Positions 17,837 through 28,321 of a DNA stretch of 64,000 bases are shown in pieces (within the stretch, counting starts at the first letter, position 1; every line of letters starts with the position of its first letter). The notes under the pieces were generated by a model, which saw only the letters and a program-made list of their open reading frames with translations, did no database searches and had not been told where the DNA came from. The DNA is from Candidatus Methylomirabilales bacterium (GTDB lineage: Bacteria > Methylomirabilota > Methylomirabilia > Methylomirabilales > CSP1-5). The position numbers were made by a program, and so were the translations under genes. Location: the NCBI GenBank assembly GCA_050732295.1, contig JBOHQS010000001.1, positions 46,081-110,080 of the forward strand, written 5' to 3'.

Positions 17837-19102
17837 TCACCAACTTCCATCACTGAGTAAGCTTCTATAAATTCGCATGATCTCTTGGGCTTGTTGGGAA
17901 CTTGTGAATCGCTCTACCACCACCCGACGTCCTGCCTCACCCAGTTCCTTGGCATGAATAGCGTTCTCCAGTAAGATGCGAATTGCACTGGCTAACGACT
18001 CGCTATCGCCTCGCGGCACTAAGATCCCCGATTTCCCGTGCGTAATTATTTCTGAGGGACCACCACCCTCTGTGGCGACAACAGGTTTTCCCATCGCCAT
18101 CGCTTCAATGATGACCATTCCAAAGGGCTCAGGACGCACAGACGCGTGGACAACGACGTCCATCATTGACATTAGCCCCCGAACATCGTCTTTATATCCC
18201 GTCATGACAATCCGGCTCTCAAGATTGAGTTGTTGTGCCTGCCGCACCACCTCACGCATGTAAGAAGAATCTTCGTCAGACTCGTCCCCTACAATGAAAC
18301 CTCGCACATCTGGAGAGATCTTGCATACTTCCTGCATAGCGCGCACAAAGACATGTTGCCCTTTCCACCGAACCACTCGCCCAAACATCCCAATCAAACG
18401 TTCCCCATTTATTACTCCGAATGCCCTCCGGAGGTTCCCATGTTCTCGATCTGGTTTCCACGCCTCTACGTCTACGGCATCTCTGACAACCGATATTCTT
18501 GCCGGATCGATTCCAATCCCGATTAGGTTTTGCTTGACTGAATCAGATATCGCAATATGATGGTTCACGCATCGTCCTAACCATCTTGTGACCCACGAAC
18601 GCGATTCGTAATCACGTTGATGGCTGACGCATGGTATACTCAAAGTGCGCGCGAGCAGCATCCCCGAAAGCTGACTGTTCAGGTTATTATTCAGATGAAT
18701 AAGGGCGGGCTTAAACAACCTTCCGACTTTCCACAACCGAACGAAATACCTTGCTTCTGTCGTAGCCAGGAAGGCTAGAAAGCAGACGCCGTTTAGGAGC
18801 CTTCGAAACAAAGTAGGTATACCACTTCGCCCTATCCTGTCGCTCATCGAGCCCATGAACCGATAATACGGTTTGTACCGAACGCGATGACTTACTACCT
18901 TATCCCATTCACCTCCTAACTTCTGACTACTCACAACGACCGGCTCGAATCTCTCTCGATCCAACGCTACTACCGTGTTATACAGACTGTTAATCGCACC
19001 TCCAAATCCGCCCGAGATGTCGATATAAAGCACGACGGGAGGACCTCCCTCCAACAATTCCTTCCTACGAGCCATTACTTCTTTTCCTTCGGGAGACCAC
19101 AT
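17837..19102 (-). CDS. family 4 glycosyltransferase
   Basis: 421 aa, with ASVRPEPFGMVIIEAMAMGKPVVATEGGGPSEIITHGKSGILV. Confidence 0.9.
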   Translation of the reverse strand: MWSPEGKEVMARRKELLEGGPPVVLYIDISGGFGGAINSLYNTVVALDRERFEPVVVSSQKLGGEWDKVVSHRVRYKPYYRFMGSMSDRIGRSGIPTLFRRLLNGVCFLAFLATTEARYFVRLWKVGRLFKPALIHLNNNLNSQLSGMLLARTLSIPCVSHQRDYESRSWVTRWLGRCVNHHIAISDSVKQNLIGIGIDPARISVVRDAVDVEAWKPDREHGNLRRAFGVINGERLIGMFGRVVRWKGQHVFVRAMQEVCKISPDVRGFIVGDESDEDSSYMREVVRQAQQLNLESRIVMTGYKDDVRGLMSMMDVVVHASVRPEPFGMVIIEAMAMGKPVVATEGGGPSEIITHGKSGILVPRGDSESLASAIRILLENAIHAKELGEAGRRVVVERFTSSQQAQEIMRIYRSLLSDGSW

Positions 19103-19187
19103 TGCGGTGCCCTTCCCTCATAAGACCAGATATGTTTCACCTTTATGTCACTCCTTTTGACCCACATGCCGTTTCTCTCGTCCCTAA

Positions 19188-20201
19188 TCAACCTGCAGGT
19201 CTTGCTCGCACGTTCCGATGGATCCAACCGTACACCATATCAAATATCCGCATGCGTCTCATTCTGTCCTTCATCCTGCGTAACATCCATACCCTTCGCT
19301 TTCCCAGTAAGGAAATCACCAGGAACACCAATGCCCTCACCGACACTGAATGCCGCAAGCTCGACAGAAACGCTTCTTTTGAATTTATCAGGTCATCTTC
19401 ATTTAAATAGAGCCTCCCCAGGTAATAGTACCGCGACCCTAATATCCGCCCTGTTCTGACATTTTGGTCCTCAACCAGCTTTGGAAACATCGCCTCCATC
19501 TTCTTAACCACCTTGATAACCGATAAGTCAATCGCCTCAAGCGACGAGGGCGAGTAATCGTGTATCCGCCGCTTGACCAAAGCATCAGCCACACAGCCGA
19601 TGTTATACCGACTGGCTATCCGAAGCCACATATCCTTATCATCAGCCACCGCCCCGCGAAACGACTCATCAAAAAGTCCCACCTGAGTAAAGCATTCTCT
19701 CTTTACCAATGCTGTAGAAGGATAAATGAAGTTGTGATACATGAGCTTACGAAACGCATTCTTAATCTGCCTTTGCTCTCTTTTCAGTTCCTCGTAACAT
19801 CCACAGCTTTGCCAAAATGTTTCTTCATAGGTTCGATTGTCATCAAATAAGGTCAGGTCACAAGACGCCATGGCTAATCCACGATTTTCCATCAAGAAAT
19901 CTATCTGCCTCTCAAGTTTATTGGGGAGCCACACATCATCTGCGTCCAAGAAAGCAACATATGTGCTCTCTGATGCGCGGATTCCCGTGTTTCTTGCCTT
20001 CGCAACGCCAGAATTCTTCTGGTAAATATAAGATATTTTGTTCTGATAAGGTCTCAATATCACTCTTGTGTCGTCAGTAGAGCCGTCGTCAACAATAGTG
20101 ACCGTGAACGATCTGTATGATTGCATCAATACGCTCTCCACTGCCTCGGGGAGTTGCCTCGCGCAGTTGTACGTCGGGATAATGACGGCTACGTCGTACA
20201 T
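19188..20201 (-). CDS. family 2 glycosyltransferase
   Basis: 337 aa, with VAVIIPTYNCARQLPEAVESVLMQSY, VDDGSTDDT and AFLDADDVW. Confidence 0.85.
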   Translation of the reverse strand: MYDVAVIIPTYNCARQLPEAVESVLMQSYRSFTVTIVDDGSTDDTRVILRPYQNKISYIYQKNSGVAKARNTGIRASESTYVAFLDADDVWLPNKLERQIDFLMENRGLAMASCDLTLFDDNRTYEETFWQSCGCYEELKREQRQIKNAFRKLMYHNFIYPSTALVKRECFTQVGLFDESFRGAVADDKDMWLRIASRYNIGCVADALVKRRIHDYSPSSLEAIDLSVIKVVKKMEAMFPKLVEDQNVRTGRILGSRYYYLGRLYLNEDDLINSKEAFLSSLRHSVSVRALVFLVISLLGKRRVWMLRRMKDRMRRMRIFDMVYGWIHRNVRARPAG

Positions 20202-20271
20202 GCGATTTTCCGAGTTATGTCGAGAGGCGCGAAGGGATCTGACTACGGAGGAGGAGCGATTTCATAGATGA

Positions 20272-21303
20272 TTATGTTTGCGCTTTAGGGCCTTCTGTAA
20301 CCCACGGTCCCATCGATTTAGAACGATTTCGCCCCATCGTCAAGAGATAGGGGTGGTTTTGCACAAGATGCTGATATATTTGACCCCATATACGGCTGAG
20401 GCCAAAATGATAGAACAGCTTTGCTTTGCTGTTGCCACGCACAACGGCGGCTCCCCATGCCAAGAACGTTTCAAGGTAGTCTCGAAAGAGGTAGCGTGGT
20501 ACACCTAGATAGTTGTGTCTTCCGGCTCTATGGCGGTAAAGATATGTTTGCATCATTCCATAGCGAAAGTAGAAGCTTTTGCAAAAGGACTTTGTAACCC
20601 TGTCTTCGTGGACAATGTTATGGACAAGCGCTTCAGGGGAATAGATGAGTCTTTCACCTCCCAAAATAAGCCTCAGGCAAAATTCTACATCTTCACCTAT
20701 CGTATAATGGTGATTGGCGCCGATAGGGCCGATGTCGGTCCGGAAGTACCCATATTTTTCAAAACAGGTTCGTTTTAGGGCGAGGTTCCCTCCTATAGGC
20801 ATCAGCGTCTCAAGCGAATACTCTCGATAAGTCTCGCCCAGATCGTGTCCTGACGTAGCTCCCACTATGCGATACGGTCCCTCAGTACAGTACCAATCTG
20901 GAGGCACAGACTTCCACTTTGCAATAACTCTTCCCCCAATCCCACTACATTCAAAGCGCTTAAATCCTTCATCCAGGCCAACCATCCACTGCCTATCCAC
21001 AATCTCATCATCATCAACAAAAGCGATGACCTGTCCCTTTGCTTCCCTTATTCCTGCGTTTCTCGCATGGGATAGGCCCTGTTTGGATTCAAACACATAA
21101 GAAAGGGGTAGCATTCCCTTTCCTATAAATCCTTCCGTAACCGCGGCCGTCTCGTCGCTTGAATTATTATCAACAACCAATATTTCCCACTCTGTGTCGG
21201 GCGGAATTACAATTTCTCCAAGACTTTGCAGCAAGTCGGGCAACAGTTGAGCGCGATTGAAAGTCGGAATCACTATACTAATATGTAATCCGTCTTTCTG
21301 CAC
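20272..21303 (-). CDS. family 2 glycosyltransferase
   Basis: 343 aa, with ISIVIPTFNRAQLL, VVDNNSSDETA and AFVDDDE. Confidence 0.85.
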   Translation of the reverse strand: MQKDGLHISIVIPTFNRAQLLPDLLQSLGEIVIPPDTEWEILVVDNNSSDETAAVTEGFIGKGMLPLSYVFESKQGLSHARNAGIREAKGQVIAFVDDDEIVDRQWMVGLDEGFKRFECSGIGGRVIAKWKSVPPDWYCTEGPYRIVGATSGHDLGETYREYSLETLMPIGGNLALKRTCFEKYGYFRTDIGPIGANHHYTIGEDVEFCLRLILGGERLIYSPEALVHNIVHEDRVTKSFCKSFYFRYGMMQTYLYRHRAGRHNYLGVPRYLFRDYLETFLAWGAAVVRGNSKAKLFYHFGLSRIWGQIYQHLVQNHPYLLTMGRNRSKSMGPWVTEGPKAQT

Positions 21304-21306
21304 GGT

Positions 21307-22533
21307 TTATCTCCGTAGCGATTCAGACGTTCGAAGTACCTTCAACCCTCGTAGACACTCGAATACCCGCTGGCCCAAGTGCTGCTCGAAGCGCGCGGGG
21401 TGGAATTCCCTGCTCCGGTCCAAAGCCCTGCGGCCCATCCGAACACGCAGCTGGTCGTTGTTCGCGAGGCAGATGCTGTGTTCCACTAGCGCGTCGAGGT
21501 CATGGCAGAGAAACCCGCTTACCTGATGCTCCACAATCTCGGGCTGACCTCCACATGCGGCTACCAACGGGACGGAACCAGCCATCATCGCTTCCACGGT
21601 CGCCATACCGAAGTGCTCCATGCGGTGGGGCTCACTTGCCTCATTATCGAAACCTTTCGTATGCCAAAACAGCTTCGCTTCCGCAAGGTAACTCAAGACC
21701 GCCTTTCGCTCCGCATTTACGACGAAGGTAACAGGCAGATCCTTGGCGATCTGTTGGAGTTGCTCCACGTAAGCGCGGTCTTGACAACGGTCAGAGCAAA
21801 ACCCGATCATGCAGAAGCTCCAATCCCCGCCGACTCGGGAGAGGAATTCGGAGAATGCCTTCAATTGCTGCTCGTGCTTCTTTTCGGAATCGGTATGAAC
21901 GAACCGCCCAACTGAGATAATCATATTTCGCTTTTCTACAGCAGGGACCGTCACAGCTACAGGCGGATAGATTACCTCAGCTGACCTTCCCCAGAGGCGT
22001 TCAATCCATTGAGATGTGAAAGAAGAATTGCTAAGCACGGTCGCATATCCGCGCATTCGGCGGTTCCAAATCCACTCATACACCGCCAACCGGATCCAAC
22101 GATCCACAGGATGTCTCCCGCGCCAACGTGTATTGATGCGCATGCTGACGGTAGGGCGTTCTTCCATAGGAAAATGGCAGTAAACCATTCCTTGCCTCGC
22201 AAAGGAAAACGGCGGCACCCCATGACCCGAATAGATGAAGAGGTCATACGGCTCAGTCAAAACCCGCTCCCCATGCAACCCGTTCGACAGATAGCTCGTC
22301 GTTGATCGATTTCCAGGGATTGAAAAACTCGCCAGTGAGTCCTCCACGATTCGTTCTTTTGCCCTCCTGAGATTTATTTCGAACGCTGTGGACAGACTCT
22401 TCAGTGTGTAGCCTTGACCGCTGTGGATGACATCTACATCGTACATCTCAGATAAGAACGCCGCCATGCGGGCGACGACTAACTGTCCCCCTCCCAGGTA
22501 GCCCGAAATGTGATCAAAGATGCCGATCTTCAC
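21307..22533 (-). CDS. family 4 glycosyltransferase
   Basis: 408 aa, with MEHFGMATVEAMMAGSVPLVAACGGQPEIVEHQVSGFL. Confidence 0.85.
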   Translation of the reverse strand: MKIGIFDHISGYLGGGQLVVARMAAFLSEMYDVDVIHSGQGYTLKSLSTAFEINLRRAKERIVEDSLASFSIPGNRSTTSYLSNGLHGERVLTEPYDLFIYSGHGVPPFSFARQGMVYCHFPMEERPTVSMRINTRWRGRHPVDRWIRLAVYEWIWNRRMRGYATVLSNSSFTSQWIERLWGRSAEVIYPPVAVTVPAVEKRNMIISVGRFVHTDSEKKHEQQLKAFSEFLSRVGGDWSFCMIGFCSDRCQDRAYVEQLQQIAKDLPVTFVVNAERKAVLSYLAEAKLFWHTKGFDNEASEPHRMEHFGMATVEAMMAGSVPLVAACGGQPEIVEHQVSGFLCHDLDALVEHSICLANNDQLRVRMGRRALDRSREFHPARFEQHLGQRVFECLRGLKVLRTSESLRR

Positions 22534-22563
22534 GCGCGGCCCTTCAATCTCTTGGACATGCTC

Positions 22564-23790
22564 TCACGCGACAATCTTGAACGCCTCGATGGTGCGTTGC
22601 AAAGTCTTATCCCATGAGAACCACTCGTGCGAAAGTTGGAGTGATCCACTGTGAAGCCGCTCCCGCAGTTCGGCGTTACTAATCAGCGAGTCAATGGCGA
22701 CAGCGAGTAACTTCGGATCCTTTGGCGGACAAAGAAGAACATTCTTTTGGTCTATGAAGGGGAACTCTAGAATCTCGCCTTTCGTGGTGATGATGGGCAA
22801 TCCGTGCGCAGCAGCCGCTGCAACCGAACTTCTATGGAGCTTTACCCCGTCATCGAAGGGAAGTACGCAGGTATCAGCCCCTCTGAGGTAAAGTGACGCC
22901 TGCTCGCTATCACTAGGACAATCGCCTGTCCATACTACCTTGTGCGCGATTCCCAGCCGCTCCGACAATTGCTGTAACTCTTGCATATAGCGAGGACGGT
23001 TCATCCTTGTTAAAAGGACATCATTATCACCTCCCACAATTACGAGACGGACATTTGCTCGCTCCTGCGTCACTAAGTGGAGGCCTTCCAGCAACGTTTC
23101 AATGCCCTTATTGGGGTAAAGGTAGCCATAATAGGCAATAAGAAATTCGTCGGGGGTCACACGCAACGCATCTCGCCCACGGCGCCGTGAATCCCCATTC
23201 GCTTCCATCGACACATGCATAAGAGGCGGTGGGGGTATGAGCACACATTTTTCTTCGGCTCTAGCATAGCATTTTGACAGGATGTCGCGAAAGGTATCAC
23301 TCAGCACAATAATGCAGTCGCTGTCGCGCAAGATTGTGCCGTAGCCGTAGTCCACCCCTTGTGATCCAACCCAATGAGCGACAACCTTGCGCACAGCGCG
23401 TGTTGACAGGGGTAAGCGGCCCACTTCTACCCCGTTGGGATACTCGATCAGCGTAACGACCCGCACATCGGGAATCAGCTTTTTCAGGATGGTCGGCGTA
23501 AAGGTTATCATAGGGTGGTCATTGTAAATCGGACCACTAAAGTGTAAGTTGACGATGTCAGGACGGCAGTACCGCACAATCTTTAATAGACGAGGTACTT
23601 CTCGCCATGACCATTGACGCATTACCGGGTAGATTTGCATTCCTGGGTCAGTCGCCACATTTTCAATGCTGGTGGTGATTACATGCATATCGAATCTGGA
23701 TACGGCCAAATGTCGACATAGCCAAAAGGCATAATGAGCCCCTCCGGATCGCATCGGGGGGAATGTGGCAGAAATGACGAGAACCCTCAT
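22564..23790 (-). CDS. family 4-like (GT-B) glycosyltransferase
   Basis: 408 aa. The N-terminus is MRVLVISATFPPMRSGGAHYAF. The C-terminal part has LPFDDGVKLHRSSVAAAAAHGLPIITTKGE. Confidence 0.8.
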   Translation of the reverse strand: MRVLVISATFPPMRSGGAHYAFWLCRHLAVSRFDMHVITTSIENVATDPGMQIYPVMRQWSWREVPRLLKIVRYCRPDIVNLHFSGPIYNDHPMITFTPTILKKLIPDVRVVTLIEYPNGVEVGRLPLSTRAVRKVVAHWVGSQGVDYGYGTILRDSDCIIVLSDTFRDILSKCYARAEEKCVLIPPPPLMHVSMEANGDSRRRGRDALRVTPDEFLIAYYGYLYPNKGIETLLEGLHLVTQERANVRLVIVGGDNDVLLTRMNRPRYMQELQQLSERLGIAHKVVWTGDCPSDSEQASLYLRGADTCVLPFDDGVKLHRSSVAAAAAHGLPIITTKGEILEFPFIDQKNVLLCPPKDPKLLAVAIDSLISNAELRERLHSGSLQLSHEWFSWDKTLQRTIEAFKIVA

Positions 23791-23847
23791 AGATACCCCA
23801 AGGTCAAATATTGACGAGTAGTTCGAGGCAAGGAAAGCACCTAGGAA

Positions 23848-24897
23848 TCACACTCGATTTGTTGCCGCATCAACGAGCTCTTCGAAAGTATCATTCAAAC
23901 TCTTAGTGATGTTCCAATTCGGGTAGTGTTTCTTCATTTTAGTAAGATCACTGATATAGCAAATATGATCACCTACCCGAGGCTTATCCACGTACTCCCA
24001 GTTCGTGGGCTTGTCCGTGAGAGCTTCAACGCGATCGAAAGCTTCCAGAATCGAGCAGGAGTTTTCACGGCCGCCCCCACAATTGTACACTTCGGCGCGA
24101 CGCGGTGACTTAATAAACTCTTCAGCGAATCGTGCAACGTCGTACGAGTGAATGTTGTCCCGGACTTGCTTGCCCTTGTACCCATAGACGCGGTATGTTC
24201 CTCCCTTTACGTTGACATAAACGAGATAGCCCAAAAACCCATGCAACTCGACCGGCGAATGTGCTGGACCTGTCAGGCAACCGCCGCGCAGGCAGCACGT
24301 AGGCATGTCAAAGTATCGGCCGTATTCCTGGACCATGATGTCTGCAGCCAACTTGGAGGCACCAAAAAGGGAATGCTTCGATTGATCGATGGGGAACTCC
24401 TCTGAAATACCGGCTATATAATTAGGATCGTCATAGTCCCACCTCGTAGAGAGTTCTTTGCGCTTAATCCTATTTGGAGCATCCCCGTAGACCTTATTGG
24501 TGGAGAGGTGCACAAAAGGAGACTCAGGACAGGAACGGCGCACAGCCTCGAGCAAGTTCATCGTACCGACGGCATTGACATCGAAGTCATCGAAGGGTCG
24601 CTCGGCGGCAAGGTCGTGACTCGGCTGAGCCGCAGCGTGGATCACCGCGTCCGGCTTGAGCTGGTCCACAAGTGTCAAGATGCCAGAGCGGTTACGGATA
24701 TCAAGTTCGTGGTGGGTAAATCTGGGATACTGTTGTAACAACCGCTTCTGATTCCAACGCGTATCTCCTTGTGGGCCGAAGAAATCAGCGCGCATATTGT
24801 TATCAACACCATGTACTTCCCAGCCCAGTTCATGGAAATGCCTTACCATCTCTGACCCGATGAGCCCATTCGATCCTGTAACCAACAGCCTCTTCAC
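23848..24897 (-). CDS. NAD-dependent epimerase/dehydratase (extended SDR), CDP-paratose/tyvelose 2-epimerase-like
   Basis: 349 aa, with [31 protein letters not shown] and [15 protein letters not shown]. The resemblance to RfbE-type epimerases is from memory. Confidence 0.75.
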   Translation of the reverse strand: MKRLLVTGSNGLIGSEMVRHFHELGWEVHGVDNNMRADFFGPQGDTRWNQKRLLQQYPRFTHHELDIRNRSGILTLVDQLKPDAVIHAAAQPSHDLAAERPFDDFDVNAVGTMNLLEAVRRSCPESPFVHLSTNKVYGDAPNRIKRKELSTRWDYDDPNYIAGISEEFPIDQSKHSLFGASKLAADIMVQEYGRYFDMPTCCLRGGCLTGPAHSPVELHGFLGYLVYVNVKGGTYRVYGYKGKQVRDNIHSYDVARFAEEFIKSPRRAEVYNCGGGRENSCSILEAFDRVEALTDKPTNWEYVDKPRVGDHICYISDLTKMKKHYPNWNITKSLNDTFEELVDAATNRV

Positions 24898-24952
24898 GTA
24901 TAAGGTACTCCGATCTTGTTATCAGGACACCTTCTTTGTAGCTGACATTTGT

Positions 24953-26212
24953 TCATATGCTGGAGCTATGTATGCGAGATTTCTTCCGCCGGTCGAGCAT
25001 GGACTGAATCTCATGAAATGTATCCTGGACGGCTCTGCGCCAGTTATAGAATTCACTAACAAGCCGGCGACCCGCATCGCCCTGGGAACGAACTCGCGCC
25101 CGGTTCGATGCGAGGTGAGACAGGACATCGGCAAGTACCTTTGGATCACTTGAAGGTACGAGGAGATCTGGTTGCCCAAGCTGATCGAACACTTCGCGGA
25201 GTTGCGGCTGAAACGTGCCGACAACCGTCAAGCCACTGGCCATATAATCGAACACTTTGAGCGGTGAACAGTAATCGGCTGGTCCGGGATGATAGAGACA
25301 CAATCCAACATCCATCGCCGCCAGCCAGTGCGGAAGCGCATCGTAATCGGCGGGACCGTAGTAGTAGATATTAGGCGGCATGTCGCCCATTAATCTGAAG
25401 CCTTGTCCTATGATGTGAAAAGCCCAGCGCCAGCGGTCCTCGCGGTCCCACAGCAAGCGAGCCGCCTCCGCTAGAAGATCAAAGTTATGCCAAGCAAGAT
25501 CGGCACTACCTATCCACACGATGTTGAGCTGATCAGGGTTGCGTTGGACCCGTCGCACAGGCGAAACATCGGGACGGAACAGATCCGGGTCTGAGCCATT
25601 GGGTACAACCAACACACGCTTTAACCCGAACTTGTCCCGGACGTAGTCGGCTAGGGAACGAGATACACAGATTGCCAGGTCACACCCACGCCCATAAAAC
25701 CTGAAATCCTGTATCGCTCGTTGGATATCCTGCTCAGAGTGACCGAGAACGTAACCATACTCTGGCACGGTGTTGAATTCCCAGACAATTACCGGAGACC
25801 CTATCAGTTGTCGGTATGGTGCGACGGCCCATCGGCCGTAGGCAGGTAGACTCCACTCGACTCGAATATAGGCGGCATCCATGCGCCGCAAGGTCATCAA
25901 CCGTCCAACTCGTGTGGCAGGGATCAGGCGCGAGGCAGGATGTTGATCCCCAGGCCACGTCCACACCTCATGCCCAAGGGCGACAGCATTGCTAATGAAC
26001 TGACCGATGTGCCTATTGCCTCCCGAAGTGCTATCCTCCTGATAAAGCCCGTTAGGATAGGCTAGACGCATCTTCTTATTACACCGGCATTGGGACTCGG
26101 TTTGCCCGCAGGGCGGATGACAGAAATTATAAGCATACCGGAGCTGAGGCTCCTTGGAGAGTTCGATGGGATTAGATGATCTTCTGATCGCGCAACCATA
26201 TCTCGGTTTCAC
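24953..26212 (-). CDS. GT-B fold glycosyltransferase (GT1/GT4-like)
   Basis: The C-terminal half has NIVWIGSADLAWHNFDLL...SPLKVFDYMASGLTVVGT. The first ~47 codons (Cys/Arg-rich, overlapping the upstream gene by 41 nt) look non-native, so the ATG at 26071 (MRLAYPNG) is a plausible true start. Confidence 0.6.
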   Translation of the reverse strand: MKPRYGCAIRRSSNPIELSKEPQLRYAYNFCHPPCGQTESQCRCNKKMRLAYPNGLYQEDSTSGGNRHIGQFISNAVALGHEVWTWPGDQHPASRLIPATRVGRLMTLRRMDAAYIRVEWSLPAYGRWAVAPYRQLIGSPVIVWEFNTVPEYGYVLGHSEQDIQRAIQDFRFYGRGCDLAICVSRSLADYVRDKFGLKRVLVVPNGSDPDLFRPDVSPVRRVQRNPDQLNIVWIGSADLAWHNFDLLAEAARLLWDREDRWRWAFHIIGQGFRLMGDMPPNIYYYGPADYDALPHWLAAMDVGLCLYHPGPADYCSPLKVFDYMASGLTVVGTFQPQLREVFDQLGQPDLLVPSSDPKVLADVLSHLASNRARVRSQGDAGRRLVSEFYNWRRAVQDTFHEIQSMLDRRKKSRIHSSSI

Positions 26213-27251
26213 GCATCCCTTCTCGCAAAGAGAAACGTGGAGTATATCCTAGAAGAGTGCGTGCCTTGGAAATGCTCAGTCCACCCCGACGTGCATACTT
26301 GATCAAATCCCATGAGTTCATGACGGCATATCGAGCCGGCAGACGGCGGATAAGGCGCAGGCCTCGGCGAAGAGCACGAACTAGTGTGCGGACAGGTTCG
26401 CGGGCAGGAGTAGAGTCTAGTTTGTATAGCAAAGCGTCTGTGTATTCAACAACCGGTACTGCCAAGCGGGCAGTAAACCGTACGGAAGGCAATTCCTCAA
26501 CTCCTATCATTCGTGCATAGTGACCATAGAACTCCGCCCAAGTGCAAGGCTGGCCATCTGTAATCAAAAATGCTTCTCCTGCTGCCTCCGGCTTCACCCC
26601 AGCCAAAAGGAGCCCATCTACCAAGTTATCGATATACACGGCGTTGCATGTGCCCCGTCCGCCGTCGACCAGAAACCACCGACCAAGCTTCATGCGATGC
26701 ATTGGCCACAAAGTGAACACAGCAGATCTAGGCCCCCATACGAAGGTTGGGCGAATAATGACCACGGGAAGCCCATGGTCTTGCCAGAATTGCCAGACTA
26801 CCTTCTCTGCCCAGACCTTCGAATCTCCGTAGGGAGATCCTGTGAGCCGAAACTCGTCCTGTTCGTTAGCATTGTCTGGCGGATTAGGCCCATGGACCGC
26901 GATACTGCTAAGGTAGACTACGCGTGCCACCTGAGCGTCCAGCGCGCACTTCAGGACGTTGCGAGTACCCTCGATGTTGGTGCTTCTGCAGTCATCGAGC
27001 GTTCCGCCCACACCGATACAATGAAAGACCGTCTCGCAACCTTGGATGGCTTGAGCAACCGAATCTCGATCCCTCACATCACCTTGTACCAACTCGACAG
27101 GCGTCCGACTCACCCACACCGCCTTGCGCCAGTCACGCACCAATACGCGGACCTTGGCATGTTCTTCGACCGCGAGTCGTTCAGCCAGACGGCCTCCAAT
27201 GAATCCAGTCCCGCCTGTTACCAAAACTTTGTGGCCTGCATAACTTACCAT
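26172..27251 (-). CDS. NAD-dependent epimerase/dehydratase (extended SDR)
   Basis: 359 aa, with VLVTGGTGFIGGRLAERL and YGDSKVWAEK. Confidence 0.85.
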   Translation of the reverse strand: MVSYAGHKVLVTGGTGFIGGRLAERLAVEEHAKVRVLVRDWRKAVWVSRTPVELVQGDVRDRDSVAQAIQGCETVFHCIGVGGTLDDCRSTNIEGTRNVLKCALDAQVARVVYLSSIAVHGPNPPDNANEQDEFRLTGSPYGDSKVWAEKVVWQFWQDHGLPVVIIRPTFVWGPRSAVFTLWPMHRMKLGRWFLVDGGRGTCNAVYIDNLVDGLLLAGVKPEAAGEAFLITDGQPCTWAEFYGHYARMIGVEELPSVRFTARLAVPVVEYTDALLYKLDSTPAREPVRTLVRALRRGLRLIRRLPARYAVMNSWDLIKYARRGGLSISKARTLLGYTPRFSLREGMRETEIWLRDQKII

Positions 27252-28273
27252 GTCAGTCCTGGGATCGGTGCTCGCTTTGGTAGTGGGCGTTGATGCTTAG
27301 CAGCGTAGCATTTCTCAATAAATTCGATGACTCGCAGTCCTTCTGCTCCCGTCACGCGAGGCATTCCCATCGTCTCTATGCTCAACACAAAGTCCTGAAG
27401 TTGTTCGGCCAGCACGCCCACAAAATCCCAATTGCACGACGCGACTTTGCGGGTGGCCGTTTCGCCATTACGGGTAACGGAAATTTGGGCTTGATCGAAT
27501 AGAGGGACCGATAATTTACCTGTCTCACCCTCTATGACTATCCGGTTTCCCAACGTACAAGTGCGGCTCAAACGAAACTTGCACGAGATACCACCCATAA
27601 AGTCCATCTTAATACGCACATTGCTCTCAAGTCCTCCCAACGCATCATCTTCATATTCAAAGTCCAATGGTGTACCGAACCACCAGAACAGCGTATCTAA
27701 TGAATGCAGGCCATTATTGATGAGTACTCCCCCTGGGACCAAGTCACGCCGCACCGAGTAGCCGGTGCGAGTCGGCCAATCCCAGGGATACCCTTCCTCG
27801 ACATCTACTGTAAAGAGCATACCCAGGAACTTTTGTTGAAGCAGTGAATCTACTTGGATTCGGTTTGGGAAAAAGCGATAGTTGTGAGCGACTGCCAAAA
27901 CCCGTTTTGCCTGCTTTGCTGCGGCAAGGATGATCCTACACTCGGCACTGTTGTTGGCAAGAGGCTTTTCGCACAGAACGTGCAACCCAGCGCCAAAGGC
28001 TTGCTCCGCCAGTACAGGCCGTACGTGAGGGGGTGTTGCAAGGATTACAGCATCTACACCCTTGGCCACTTCTGTTACGCTACTGGCAACCTGGGGCACC
28101 TCAAACCTTGCTGCTAACTCCTCCGCCCGCGCTTTATCAGCATCAACCAGAGCTACCAGGGAGACCTTTTCCAGTCGCCGCGCTGCAGGGATATGCCCTA
28201 TCTCGGCTACAGCCCCACAACCGACGATTGCCACTCTAACGCTCATCCGCACCCACCCTAGTCTTGTCCACAC
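27245..28273 (-). CDS. Gfo/Idh/MocA family oxidoreductase
   Basis: 342 aa, with VRVAIVGCGAVAEIGHIPA and VLCEKPLA. Confidence 0.85.
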   Translation of the reverse strand: MWTRLGWVRMSVRVAIVGCGAVAEIGHIPAARRLEKVSLVALVDADKARAEELAARFEVPQVASSVTEVAKGVDAVILATPPHVRPVLAEQAFGAGLHVLCEKPLANNSAECRIILAAAKQAKRVLAVAHNYRFFPNRIQVDSLLQQKFLGMLFTVDVEEGYPWDWPTRTGYSVRRDLVPGGVLINNGLHSLDTLFWWFGTPLDFEYEDDALGGLESNVRIKMDFMGGISCKFRLSRTCTLGNRIVIEGETGKLSVPLFDQAQISVTRNGETATRKVASCNWDFVGVLAEQLQDFVLSIETMGMPRVTGAEGLRVIEFIEKCYAAKHQRPLPKRAPIPGLTW

Positions 28274-28321
28274 CCTTTGATCGCGCTACCGACAACGTCA
28301 TACATCCCAACATCGTCCTCC

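Noticed and set aside
26520-27293. Long plus-strand ORFs, for example 26520-27293 (257 aa), 10191-10745, 10784-11410, 11583-12293, 34771-35418 and 52661-53215.
   Set aside because: All lie antisense to minus-strand genes that have clear family motifs. Their translations are Arg/Ser/Pro-rich with no recognisable domains, which is typical of shadow frames in GC-rich coding DNA.
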